In this document: piece after piece, positions 11,391 through 23,588 of the stretch
Layout: each line of letters starts with the position of its first letter
Numbering within the stretch: position 1 is the first letter of the stretch
Source: Phyllosticta citribraziliensis
Lineage: Eukaryota
Assembly: GCF_038025025.1 (NCBI RefSeq)
Contig: NW_027117348.1
Location: 186,001 to 250,000 of the forward strand
Length of the DNA: 64,000 nucleotides
Direction of reading: 5' to 3'
Notes under the pieces: generated by a model
The model's database searches: none
What the model was told of the DNA's origin: nothing
The model's input: the letters and a program-made list of their open reading frames with translations, nothing else
Made by a program: the position numbers and the translations under genes

Positions 11391-14300
11391 ATGGCGGCTA
11401 CTCCTGACGCAAAAACAACACGTTCGTCGCGACTGGCAACCTTCTTTTACGCTGTTCTCGACGGCAAACGCGTGGTTTCGTCTGCTCGAGAGGGCCAGCT
11501 TTTCATCGACGCCATTTGCGAGAGACCCAACCGCAAGGATTGCGTTGAGCGTCTTGTGGCCAGCCAGCCTGCAGCAAACGCTCTGCGAGCCGGCGTGCGA
11601 TTCGACACTTCGATCAACTTCATCAACGGCCACTTGGAGCGACTTCTAGCCTATCTCCGGGACCCTTTGCTGAAACAGCTTTGTAGCGGCGAGATCTTAC
11701 GTCGCCTGTTGCTTCTCATCGTTGACCCGCCAACCCTTTGGAATGTCTTTGTCGGTACTCAGAAAGAAGGACAACTGACGCCTGAATCAGAGCACGCTTT
11801 CGCATGGCTTCTGCTGGAGCTTTTGTCCTGGAATTCCTCTCCACCCGTTAACGTGCTGCCAATTGCTGAGGAGATTGTCTCCCGCGAGGCGTTGTCGAAA
11901 GGCTCGAATCACGAAGTCCGTGCCCTCATCTACCGAGTCAAACAAGCATTTAACGCTAGACGTCACAATGTATTCATCCCGGACTGCACCCACGATGGGC
12001 CCGGCGGCAGGCATGACAATGATTTTGTCGATTTCCGCGAGATTGCCATATACCCTACAGAAGATGAGCTGGAAAGCAAGGACAAGCCCTATTACCAACG
12101 GGCCGACGCAATCGACGATACACCCAGTGACCAACGCGTGGCCATGCTGCTTGACAACCAGTTTAGACTGCTGCGGGAAGACATGCTTGCAGAGCTCCGC
12201 GACGATCTTAAGGCTTCCCGGGACAAGAAGGGCCGACGCAAGAACATGCGTCTCCGGGGCATCAAGCTGGCTGGATTGTACGTGGGCACTTCGAAGTGGA
12301 GTACTCCGTTCTGCCTGACGGTCACGTGTGAAGCTGGCTTGGAGAAGCTCACTGAAATGAAAGGGGTACAACGCAAGTCATTTCTTGAAAAAGAAAAACG
12401 GTTCCTCAAAAACAACAGTTTTGGTTGCCTGATGGAAAGCAATCGCGTCGTTGCCTTTGCAACTCTAGAAAGGGTTGAAGAGAAGTTGCTTGTGGATCCG
12501 CCCCAAGTCACGCTTCGCATTCCAGACTCGCGAGCGTTGGAGGCGGTGTTGACCAAGTTGAAAGACAGGAAGAGTGAGGTCGACTTTGTCGTTGTGGATA
12601 CTGCTATGTTCGCGTATGAGCCGTTTCTGGAGCGTCTGAAGCGCCAGGTCGAACTTCCCCTTGCGCAGGAGATTTTGGGCGTTGATGGAGACGGCCGCGG
12701 ACGAGTGATTGAGTCTCCGATTTGCCCATCCGCTACCGCCGATTCCATCAAGGAGTCAGATGGCAGGAATTTGCAAGACTTTCTTGCCTTGCCGAATGAA
12801 GTCAACCTGGACCCATTGCAGCTGGAGTCATTCATATCCGGTTTGCGACAGACTGTCAGCCTCATTCAAGGACCTCCGGGTAGGTAACATTCATTTTTCA
12901 CGTACGAAACTGGCTAATTGGAGCCCAGGCACCGGTAAATCCTTCATCGGTGCTCTGATTGCCAAGGCTTTCCAAAAGTACACGTCTCACAAAATTCACG
13001 TCATTTGTTGCACCAACCACGCCTTGGATCAGTTTTTGGAAGATATGATGAACGTCGGCATTCCCGACGACATCATGGTCCGACTTGGATCAAAGTCCAG
13101 CTCGAGGACGGAACATGTCAACCTGCACCACGTTGCACAAAGTAAGCAGGCAAGGCGTAGCCAAGCAACCTGGGCGTTGATAGACAAGCTTCGGGAAGAA
13201 GTCGAGGACTACGAGGACATTTTGCGAAGACTTTTGGCGTCATTCAAACACGCCACCGTTGGAATCGACGAACTCTTCAACTTTCTTGAATTTGAGGACG
13301 AGGACTTCTTCGAGGCTTTCCAAGTGCCTGAAGAAGACGATGGGTTCACCAGGATGGGAGGACAAGGAGACATAGTCACCAAAGACTACCTCTACGAGCG
13401 CTGGCGTCGGAACCTCAATCCAGGAGTCTACAAAGACCGCACTACCCACTCTGCGATTTGGAACCTTTCTGCGGGCGACCGAGGATCAAAAATTGAGCAG
13501 TGGACAAGGCAGATCACGCAGGAACAGCTCACTGCAATCATCCAAGCGGTGGATTCCTACAACGCGTCCCAATCGCAGTTGAAGAAGACGCTGGACGAAC
13601 AGAAAGCCGCGATTCTCCGTTCCAAGCGGATCATTGCATGCACAACAACGGGGGCTGCAATGTATACGGAGCTACTCCAAAATGCCTCTCCGGATATTAT
13701 TTTGGTAGAAGAGGCCGGAGAAATACTGGAATCACATGTTCTGACTGCCATGACCCCAGCGACAAAGCATTTGATTCTGATTGGAGACCACAAACAGCTA
13801 CGCCCGAAGGTCAACAATTTTGCGCTCACGGTCGAGCGAGGCGATGGATACGATCTGAACCGGTCGCTTTTTGAGCGCCTTATTTTGGCTGGCTTCCCTC
13901 ACACCACGCTCAGCAGCCAGCACCGTATGCACCCCGAAATCTCGAAACTAGTCCGTCATTTGACTTATCCAAACCTGCGCGACGCACCGCGCACAAGCAA
14001 CCGACCCCCTCTGCGTGGCCTTCAAGACCGCGTCATATTCCTGAACCACAGCCATCTGGAAGACTCTGAGAATCGGACTGGGGAACGTCGCGAAGAAGGC
14101 TCCAGCGTTAGCAAGAAGAACGACTACGAGGCCGACATGGTGCTGCGGATTGTGCGATATCTGGGCCAGCAAGGATACGGGACAGGGGAGCAGGTCGTAT
14201 TGACGCCATATCTCGGCCAGTTGGCGTTACTGCGCGACAAGCTGAGCCAGGAGAATGACCCAGTGTTGAACGACCTAGACAGTTTCGACCTGGTCAAGGC

Positions 14301-17300
14301 GGGTCTGATTGCGCGTGAGACTGGGGCACACAGCAGGAGGAAGATCAAGCTCTCAACGATCGGTATGGTATTGGAAAGCTTTCGATGGCAAGGGCTGACG
14401 ATGCGACAGATAACTACCAGGGCGAGGAGAGCGACGTTGTAATTGTCTCTATGACGCGAGCAAACTCTAATGGAGACATTGGATTCATGAAGTCTCCCGA
14501 ACGCGTGAACGTGCTTCTATCGCGCGCAAGAAATGGACTTATCATCATTGGCAACTCGAAGACCTTTCTGAGCAGTAAGCAAGGCAAAGAAACTTGGGCC
14601 CCGCTCCTTGATTTCATGAGCAAAAAGGGGCACGTCTATGAAGGACTTCCGGTGAAGTGCGAGCAGCATCCTGACAAGAAGATGGTTTTGAAGAACAAGA
14701 AAGACTTTGCCAAACTTTGCCCTGACGGTGGATGCGAGCAGCCTTGGTAAGTCACCGCAACCGTCCTCCGCGCTGTGCCCCTCACTGATTAGAATCCAGC
14801 GGTGCAAAGCTCAGCTGCGGCGTCCACGAGTGCCCACAACGTTGCCACCAAATATCTGACCACTCGAAGATGGATTGCGAAAAGATGATGTCAGACACAT
14901 GCCCACAGAAGCACAGAATGACCTGGCGCTGCCAAAACGGCAGGCCCACAGCATGCAAGCAGTGCGACTTTGAGGCGAAGGAAATGGAGAGAAAGGTTGA
15001 GCGCGACTTGGAACTGGATATAAGGCGCCAAGAGCAGCAAAGACTTTATTCGTTGCAGCTGGTTGAGCTGCAGAATGAACTCGACTACCAGCGCCGGCTG
15101 CGTCGCGAGCAGGCGGAGGAGGCGGAGCATCAAAAGGTTCTGCAGCAGCATAAGGAGGACTTGGAGGATTTGAAGAGAGTTGGTACACGGACTGTTCCCA
15201 ACGGGCAGAACTCACACCTGAACGGAAGTGCGACGCAGATAGCAAGTCCGCCTCCAGCGGCTGCAAGTTCTCCTGGCAATGGGACCCTCAGCGAGCAAAC
15301 ATCCTCGGGACAAACGCCTGGGAGCTACCCTGCTGCGACCCCTGCAGATGAGACTGGGAGTGAATCCCCAAACAGAGATGACAAACGGCGAGGCAGTCAG
15401 CAACATCAAGGCCCGGGGAAAGGTGAGTGGCAAATGACATGTTCAGCAGCCAAGGACGAGTGGAAGTACCAAAAGCAGTACGAACGAGCGTCCAACCCCG
15501 CCCTCGACCAGTTGATGGACATGATTGGCCTCGAAAACCTGAAAGAAGAGTTCCTTGCCATCAAGACAAAGATTGATACCGCAGTCCGCCAAGGCGTGGC
15601 GATGAACAAGGAGCGCTTCGGCACAGCGCTGCTGGGGAACCCAGGGACAGGCAAGCCAGTCCCGAGCCATTCTGTCGTGGGACTTCACTGACAACCGAAC
15701 AGGAAAAACGACAGTCGCACGAATCTACGCCAAGTTCCTCTGCTCCGTCGGCGCACTGCCCGGGAACTACTTTGTCGAGTCTAGCGGGTCCGACCTCGCC
15801 AACGACGGCGTTTCCGGCTGCAAGAAGAAGCTTGAAGACATCCTGAACAACGGTGGCGGCGCCCTCTTCATCGACGAGGCATACCAGCTGGCCTCTGGCA
15901 GCAGCGCCGGCGGCAAAAACGTGCTCGACTTCCTGCTCGCCGAAGTCGAGAACCTCACCGGCAAAGTCGTCTTCATCCTGGCTGGGTACAACAAGCAGAT
16001 GGAAGCTTTCTTTGCGCACAACCCAGGCATTCCTAGTAGATTTCCTCGGCAGCTGCAGTTCAGGGATTACAAAGATGAGGAGCTGCTAGAGATTCTGATC
16101 TATGGCATCAACAAGAGATGGAACGGGAGGATGCAAGTGGAGCTTGGTGTTAGGGGACTGTATGGTCGCATCGCAGCCCGTCGGATTGGACGCGGAAGAG
16201 ATCGCGAAGGATTCGGGAATGCTCGCCAGGTTGAGAACGTTCTCACTCAGATCTCTGACCGCCAGGCCAAGAGACTTCGTCGTCAGCGCAGGGCAGGCCA
16301 AGCACCGGACGACCTGCTGCTTACCAAGGAAGACATGCTGGGTCCTGAGCCAGCGGACGCTCTCAAAGACAATGCTTCGTGGAGCAAGCTACAGACCCTG
16401 ATTGGACTAGGCTCGGTCAAGGATTCGGTCAAGTCCCTTCTCGACAGCATTCAGTACAACTACACGCGCGAGCTCGACGAAGAGCCCTTGATCGAGTTCA
16501 GCCTGAACAAGGTCTTCTTGGGGAACCCAGGCACGGGGAAGACAACAGTTGCCAAGCTGTACGGCCAGATCCTCGCTGACATTGGCTTCCTCTCCAGCGG
16601 CGAGGTGGTGGTCAAGACGCCAGCAGACTTCGTCGGCAGCGTCCTCGGCGGCTCCGAAGCAAATACCAAAGGCATACTTGCAGCCACCCTGGGCAAAGTC
16701 CTCGTCATTGACGAAGCGTACGGTCTGTACGGCGGCAAAGGTAACAGCTCTGGTGACCCGTACAAGACCGCCGTCATCGACACCATCGTCGCCGAAGTGC
16801 AGAGCGTCCCGGGCGACGACCGCTGCGTGCTCCTCCTGGGCTACCGTGAGCAGATGGAGGAAATGTTCCAAAACGTCAATCCCGGCCTGACGCGCCGGTT
16901 CCCGCTCGACTCGGCCTTTTCCTTTGACGACTTCTCCGACGACGAGCTGGCGGCCATCTTCGCCCTGAAGCTCAAACAGCAGGGCTTCAAAGCGACGGAC
17001 ACAGCTAAGAAGGTCGCCCTAGACATTCTGTCGCGGGTCCGCAATCGTCCGCACTTTGGCAATGCAGGAGAGATTGACATTTTGCTCAACGACGCCAAAA
17101 TGCGGCATCAGAAGCGCATATCCAAGGGCAAAGGCTTCATCACGGCGACTTTTGAGGCGGAGGACTTTGATTCCGATTTCGACAGAGGCGAGCGCGCGAA
17201 TACGAATGTGCTGAAGCTGTTTGAGGGCGTTGTGGGATGCGACGGTGTCATTGCACAGCTGCAGGGATACCAGCGGACAGTTGCAAATATGCGCGAGCTG

Positions 17301-18730
17301 GACATGGATCCGCGCGAACAAATCCCCTTTGCTTTTCTCTTTCGCGGTCCTCCTGGTATGTGGCTTCTCCACTGAACGAACGAAAGCAAGCTGACGGCAG
17401 CACAGGTACAGGTAAAACGTCCACAGCCCGCCGAATGGGAAATGTCTACTACGACATGGGCTTCCTATCCACAGACGAAGTGAAAGAGGTCTCGGCCACT
17501 GAGCTCATCGGCCAGTATATCGGCCACACGGGTCCCAAAGTACAAGCGCTCTTCACCAACGCCCTGGGCAAAGTGTTGTTCATCGACGAAGCATACCGTC
17601 TCGGCGAAGGCCACTTTGCCAAGGAAGCCATCGACGAGATCGTCGACTGTCTTACCAAGCCACAGTTTGCGCAGAAGCTGGTCGTCATCCTGGCGGGATA
17701 CACGCAGGACATCAACCGGCTCATGGCAGTGAATCCGGGACTGACGTCGCGCTTCCCGGAGACGGTGTGTTTTGAGTCTATGACGCCGGAGGAATCATTG
17801 GAGCTGCTCACGCAATGCCTGAAGAAGAAGAAGGGGCTGGATCTGACTGTGCTGGATCCGCCGAACGGCGCATTCCGCGCCCAGGTATTGCAGCTGTTCA
17901 CCACGTTGCGCGGCTTGCCGAACTGGGCCAGTGCAAGAGATGTTCAGACTATTGGCAAGGCTGTGTACGGGAACATCATGAAGTCTGGCAAACCGTCCAA
18001 ACAAGCTCGGCGCGTGACTGAAGCCGACATTGTCGTGGAGATGGAGAAGATGGTGAAGGAACGGACATCGAGAGGACAACACGCGCACGCTGTCCATGCT
18101 CCGCAGCAGCTACAGCCAACCATAAGCCTCGACCGCTCCTGTGATCCTCCGCCGGCAGTAAACACTTCTACCACGTCTGCGGTTGAGTCTGCGGTTGACA
18201 GCAATAAGGGCGAAACGAAGCCAGAAGACCCACCAGTCGACGAGGCGCCATCCGACACCACTGCCAGCGACAAGAGAGACGCCGGCGTAAGCGACGCCGT
18301 GTGGAACCAATTGCAAGAAGACGCACGCAAAGCAGAAGCCGCTGAGCACGAGTTCCAAGCCACAGCCGAAAAGGAGAGAGAACTCGAAAAGCAGCACGAG
18401 GCCGCCAACAAGGAGTCAAAAGAAGCCAACGAAAATGAGAAGCACACCGATAGCAGCGACAACGACGACGCCATCAAACGCGAGCGCGAAAGACGGCGTC
18501 TGCAAAAGATTCAGGAGCAGCGACGGCGAGAGGCCGAGATGGCTGAGATCCGGCGAAAGAAGGCGGAGCTGGAGAGACAACGCGAGAAGGAGGCGAAAGA
18601 GAGGAAGGCACTGCAGCAGATGGGCGTTTGTTGTGCGGGCTTCCGGTGGATCAAGCAGGCGGGTGGGTATAGGTGTGCAGGTGGTTCGCATTACGTGTCG
18701 GATGCGCAGATTCATGCCCATTTGCATTGA
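11391..18730 (+). CDS. ZNFX1-like (NFX1-type zinc finger) SF1 RNA helicase fused to three CbbX/SpoVK-family AAA+ domains, ~2362 aa
   Basis: Exons are 11391-12879, 12929-14362, 14410-14746, 14800-15650, 15703-17355 and 17406-18730 (7089 nt, frame-consistent). ZNFX1-type motif: GGRHDNDFVDFREIAIYPT. SF1 motifs: QGPPGTGKS, VEEAGE, LIGDHKQLRP, SLFERL, QHRMHPEI, LTPYLGQ, STIDNYQGEE, RVNVLLSRAR. NF-X1 finger: CGAKLSCGVHECPQRCH. Three AAA modules of pattern G(N/P)PGTGKT..(F/V)IDEAY..(A/L)GY..NPG...RF. Confidence 0.9.
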
Positions 18731-19270
18731 TTGGGTACGGAGATGTAGTGTGGTCCTGGGGATAGAGGGACTCACGTCGCAAGAATGGCGAGGGCTACAT
18801 CAATATCGAACCAGCCTTGCAGATATCAAGATATCCTGAAGCGCAAGTCATATCAGAGTCGACATACCCGACCCGTACGCAAGAGTTGGCGAAGATTGAC
18901 GGAGCCGCATCGATTACACAGAAAACGGTCGAACGCATCTTGGAAGGACACCTCATATTTATCCCGGTAAAGTACGCCGCTGCCGCAATTTTGAAGCTTC
19001 TCTCCTCCAAAGGCAACCCTTCTGTGTCTGTGATATTGTACATGTTTTCAAAACCTCCCTTAAATTCCCATTCCCCCATCATCAACTTCGTTTACTGCAC
19101 GCGGAGATTTACATAGTTGTACGCAGCCCGGCGTCCTGGGAGACGCTGTGGTAGATCCAAGAGGAACAACCTTTCCGCATCTGCATGGGCTCCAGCTCCT
19201 TCGTCTGTGGATGAATTAGCATAGTGCCCAACATCATCTTCATTTGCCAGAGGAATACCTACGTCATCTC

Positions 19271-20543
19271 TTAGGCGGGCCCTTCAGTCGACGGCGACCA
19301 TATCAAATGGTTGTCTGAAAGGAGGAAAAGCTCCGCAGAATACCGGCCAAATACGTAGTTCTCCCCATCATCCTGCGCGGTCGCCATCCACGACAGTTCT
19401 GCTTTATGAGCGCTGTGACGGTTGGCTCTTTTGGCACACGTCAGGATGATGGCGTCGAGGTTCGTCATGATATTGAGGAAGTGCACAGCACAGAGCGTGG
19501 CCTTCTCCCTGTCCTTGAGACATATCCAGGCCCTTGTCGGGATGTGGCTGCTGGATGTGACGACAATGTGGAGCGTTTTGACGTTGGGGAAGCTGTCTCG
19601 CAATTCGTATGCCACCTACAGCAGGGATTAGATTTGAAACAGCGCAAATGTTCATGGCAGACGTACGAGAGGCATCAGCCTGGAGTCTCTGAAAGAGCAC
19701 TTCAGCGTGAGATGGGTCACTTGTGGAAGTGGAACTGTATGTCCCAATAACCCGAAGCAGCTGGTCTCCAACTCCAGATACCTGAGTCGAGCGAGGGACT
19801 GAACCTTTTGGAGTATCCAGACCAGATCGCGAGGCTGTCCTCCGTGCGCAGTGTAGACGCCGAGCGTTGGATCGTTGATGTCTTGGGGGAAGACTTCATA
19901 CTCGACGGCAGCAAGTGAGACGACGTTCTCACAGTGCACCAGAAGGAAGTTCGACGCGTGGTTGACGACGAGCTCTCGGACGTGGGAAAGGCGGAGACCT
20001 CCAGCGCTCGTCGTGAGATGCGCCAATTCGGCGGCGTGTCTGCTGTCAGGGACAATCACGACGAGCTTCCGCAAACGACTGGCCACAGAGGCGACGTGGC
20101 TCAGTGTGGTCGCTGCTCCATGGAAAGCGTGCAGTGAGCGAGCAACCCAGTCGTTGAAGGACGTCGCTGTGGAGTTGTCCAAAGCAAACGACCTTTTCAT
20201 TTGTCAGCGGCAGTCATATACTCGTAAAAATGTCCCTGGCTTACCGGAGATTCTTCAGCATGCTCGGCAACTGGGAGTTCAAGTCCGCGTGGTGGTCAGC
20301 AACATCTTTCAGCTTTCCGTGCCAGCCAAAGTCTCCAAAGTGGAGCTTGACTGCCCGGAACAAAAGCGTCAAGCAGGCGTTGTTGAGAACCTTGTTGACG
20401 CGCGAAAGGCTGACGAGATCGCTGGCACCTGCTTTGCTTCCGACTGGAGAGTCCTTTCCGACCAAGTGGACGACCTTCAGCAAGACTTCTATTGGGAGCC
20501 TGTCGAGGCTAAGACCTGTAGCTTGTGCCGTGGTGAAAGGCAT
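19271..20543 (-). CDS. F-box-like array member 1 (~389 aa)
   Basis: Exons are 20543-20245, 20192-19667 and 19615-19271. It has LDRLPIEVLLKVV..LVSLSRVNKVLNNACLTLLFR and ends WSPSTEGPA. Confidence 0.75.
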
Positions 20544-20933
20544 TGTAGGCAGCTGGAGGGAAAGAATTGGCGCTGAGCTGCTGGGTGGAACTGAAAGGTT
20601 GAAGGGGGGCAGATATACTGTTATTGTTCTGCTTCGGGGTACCACATCAGCGCGGCGCTGTGGTGGTCAACAGTGCACGTGGTTGGCGATGACGGTCCGC
20701 GCTCGATGGCACGGCCAAGCCACTGCTTTACAAAATGAAGGCCAAAAGATGGTTGTGTCATATTTTGGACTGCAAAGAAAGCCTTAGTGTTAAAAATCCG
20801 ACTGGAACCTTCCCCCCTCCAAGCCAGCAAGCACGGCCTTTTTGCGGATTTCCGCAATCGAATTTGTCAATTCGACATACGGTAGTTCTCCATTGACGTT
20901 GCCAAAGTAAATTCACAAGTATGAGGAGGTCGT

Positions 20934-21350
20934 TCATGTGGCATCAAAGGTGATGGATTTCAGCACACAATATACGCGACAAGAGAGCAAAAAGACTGTG
21001 TCGCAGTCTTTGATTGCGCAGACAGGGTCAAAGGCCGCAACCATTGCAGATAAGCGCTTTGGATTCGATACCACCGAGTGTAGTCTTCCCATTGAAGCAG
21101 AAACTGCGCACACTGCCGTGGTCAGGGACATGATGTAATTACTTGATCCCGACTCAGGTGGTCCTTCATTCTCGTGTGACCATTCTTTGCGTACCCCACG
21201 TATCGCAGCGGAGAACCCAGCGGCTTGTCCATAGTGGCAGGTTCCAAGCCATGTGAATTGTCTTTAAACAATCGCTCCCATACCAGTCCTTCAAAGTTCC
21301 AACTCTGAGCGGGCTTGGAGGCAGAGAACCAAATATACCACGTAATCTTT
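20934..21350 (-). pseudogene. Frameshifted relic with a GIY-YIG-like YVG..N...R...H motif
   Basis: PLRYVGYAKNGHTRMKDHLS continues after a frameshift near 21150 as GSSNYIMSLTTAVC. Confidence 0.3.
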
Positions 21351-21360
21351 TCCCCTTGCA

Positions 21361-22806
21361 TCACGCTGGGCCTTCAGAAGCAGGAGTCCATTCCTTGTAT
21401 CGAACACTCCCCAGCGTGAGACCATCAAGTGACTGCAGCTGCGAGTTCTACTTTTCGCCGGCAGGTCGCGTTGCTTTCCAATACGAGTTGAAGCGGGGCT
21501 CGTTGACACGTCCACGATTGTAGAACATGCACGCGATACCAAACTCCTCCAATCGTGGATGAAATCTGAAGAACCCCCTGGCCCAATGCGAGACGATAGC
21601 CTCTTGTTGGAATAGCATTGGTGCTGGAGACGCGTGGCTGAAGCGTCCAGTCACAACTAGGGTGAGCGACTTGATTTGCGGCATTTTGGTGGTCAGTTCG
21701 AGTCTGATCTGCAAAAGGTCAGCCTCCATTTTCGATGTGGGACTGTGGGTTGGCTCTCTCTCTTACACTCCAAAGATGCGTTAGGCCGAAGCGAGGAAGC
21801 TCGCCGACCAACACCAAGCGCTGAAGGTTATCCATTCTTGGAAACGCTCCCCACATATCGTCGAATGCGCAATCTATTTCCAGGCTCCGAAGGTGCTTCT
21901 TACTGGCGACACGTTCGAGGTATTCCATGAAACCATTTGGTTGCGGGTTGAGTGTTGAAAAGCCGACAAGTGTCAGGGAGGTGATGTTCGGGCACCAGTC
22001 CAGAAGAAAATGCGCACATTTGTCGACAACCAAATCTTTTACGAATGGAAGCTCAGGGGCGCCTTCAGAGTCCGCTGTAACGACAAGTTGCCGGAAATTC
22101 CTAAAACCAGGGGCCAGAGTGACGGTGAGCTGTTCCAGCTTTCTTGACGTGCGGAGGACCCGAAGCAGAATTAATCCTGCCCTGTTGATCTTCAGGAGAC
22201 TGGGCGTCCGGGGTCTGTTGTGCCGTCCTTCGCGCGCCTTCAGGGCAAAGGACCTCGAAAGCGGTTAGGAAGTGGAGTATTCAATCGGAGTGATGGGTCA
22301 AACCTGATGCTTCGGAAATCATCCGGCGTCTCGTGCATCGTCATGTCGGGAGGGAAAAGGCCGGCATATTTCCCTGGCTGATACAGGTCGGTGAAGTCGA
22401 CAACTACGGCACGGAATAGCTGTCTCCGGCACAACTCCCTCATTTTGTAGCTGGTCCGAGAGAGGTTGACCAGGGAGCTTTCTTCCGTTCGATGGACTGG
22501 AGACATGGCTCCGACCCAGCCGACGATCTCCAAAATCATCTCTCCAGGAAGCGTCGCGAGGGTCTTTATGGTTTTCCGCCCGGTGGGGATCTTGGCGGGA
22601 GCAGAGAGAGCGCGGCGGCGAGACGTGTCGCGGTCAGGCATCGGAAGGCCAGATTGGAGAGATGACTGGAGCGAGAGCGAGCGGCGTTGAGTGTGAAGAA
22701 CCGGAAGGTCAACTCTCGAAGGACGAGGGAACAGTTGGTCGGTCCGGGAGGAGGCGATGGGAGCGGCGTCTTGAAGGCTCGTGCGGCGGCCAAAGACGAA
22801 AGGCAT
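21361..22806 (-). pseudogene. F-box-like array member 2 with a premature in-frame TAG (truncated allele or pseudogene)
   Basis: Exons are 22806-22304, 22253-21767 and 21708-21361. It has LATLPGEMILEIVGWVG..LVNLSRTS. TAG at 21448-21450 is followed in frame by NSQLQSLDGLTLGSVRYKEWTPASEGPA*. Confidence 0.75.
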
Positions 22807-23189
22807 CTCTTCGATGCTGGAAAAGCTCGACACTGTGATGGAAAGGTCAGCAATGGGTTTTTGCTGTCAAGCTGGCCTCGGCGTCGGCGAAGACTCACTG
22901 AAGTTGAAGGCGAGAAAGAGAGATTTATAGACGAGCCGGTATTCAGCAAGATCGCAGAGTGGGCGAGGACGCTGAGGAATGTAAAGTCCAGAGGGCTGTG
23001 AAAGGAGCAAAGTGCAGAAGGAGGTACTGTTTCTTGGTCGTTGAAAAGCGACAGAGGTTGTTGGACGCCCACCGTTGGGAACAGTGCACGTGATGTGTTG
23101 AAACAATCGGTGCACTGGCGACTCTGCGCCCGCAAAGCAGCGCCATGCCAAATTCGGATCGCTCTCACTCAGTAGTGACAGGCTGCAAT

Positions 23190-23385
23190 TAAGATCGCGG
23201 GTTTCGAAGCGTGAGCTAACGTCTTTTTTCATGGCGTTGACACCCACCATCGAAGGGTGGAAGTACAGCAAATCGTCGACGTAGATGACCAGATATCCAG
23301 CGTGCGGAGTCTTGAAAACGCAAGGATCGGCTTCCAAGGTGGTGTATCCTAGCGAAATCATGTATTCAGTGAACTCCTTTCAACC
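23190..23385 (-). mobile_element. Ty1/copia reverse transcriptase fragment
   Basis: The translation *KEFTEYMISLGYTTLEADPCVF..YLVIYVDDLLY..KKDVSSRFETRDL has the copia RT features D.CVF, YVDD and F...DL. No LTRs or other pol domains are visible. Confidence 0.8.
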
Positions 23386-23495
23386 TTGCGCAGTTGCAAT
23401 TATGTACTTCTTTGATAGGAAGGTCTTTGATAACAGCGACCGGTCGCGAGACTGGGAGAGATTTAATCCTTGATAGACCAGCACTTGGAACAGGC
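23386..23495 (-). pseudogene. Short duplicated fragment of F-box-array exon 3
   Basis: LNLSQSRDRSLLSKTFLSKKYIIATAQ matches member 3 (DRSLASKTFFSKKYIIATAQ) and the neighbouring fragment (LKISQSQDRSLASKTFRAKMYTTGTAQ). Confidence 0.75.
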
Positions 23496-23588
23496 TATTT
23501 AAAAAAACCATGTGCATATGGATCTCCGACCGTAATGCCTGAATGAGAAATATACATTATCGTCCTAATCTTCCCACTCGGCCGGTGA

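Noticed and set aside
15500..18000. Rubisco activase (CbbX) or sporulation (SpoVK) function, or bacterial contamination
   Set aside because: The AAA modules are intron-containing parts of a fungal fusion protein; only family similarity is supported.
18795..19260. Possible BTB-protein relic on the - strand (WIYHSVSQDAGLR..LMMGEWEFKGGFE)
   Set aside because: The resemblance is vague and spread across frameshifts, so it cannot be supported without a search.
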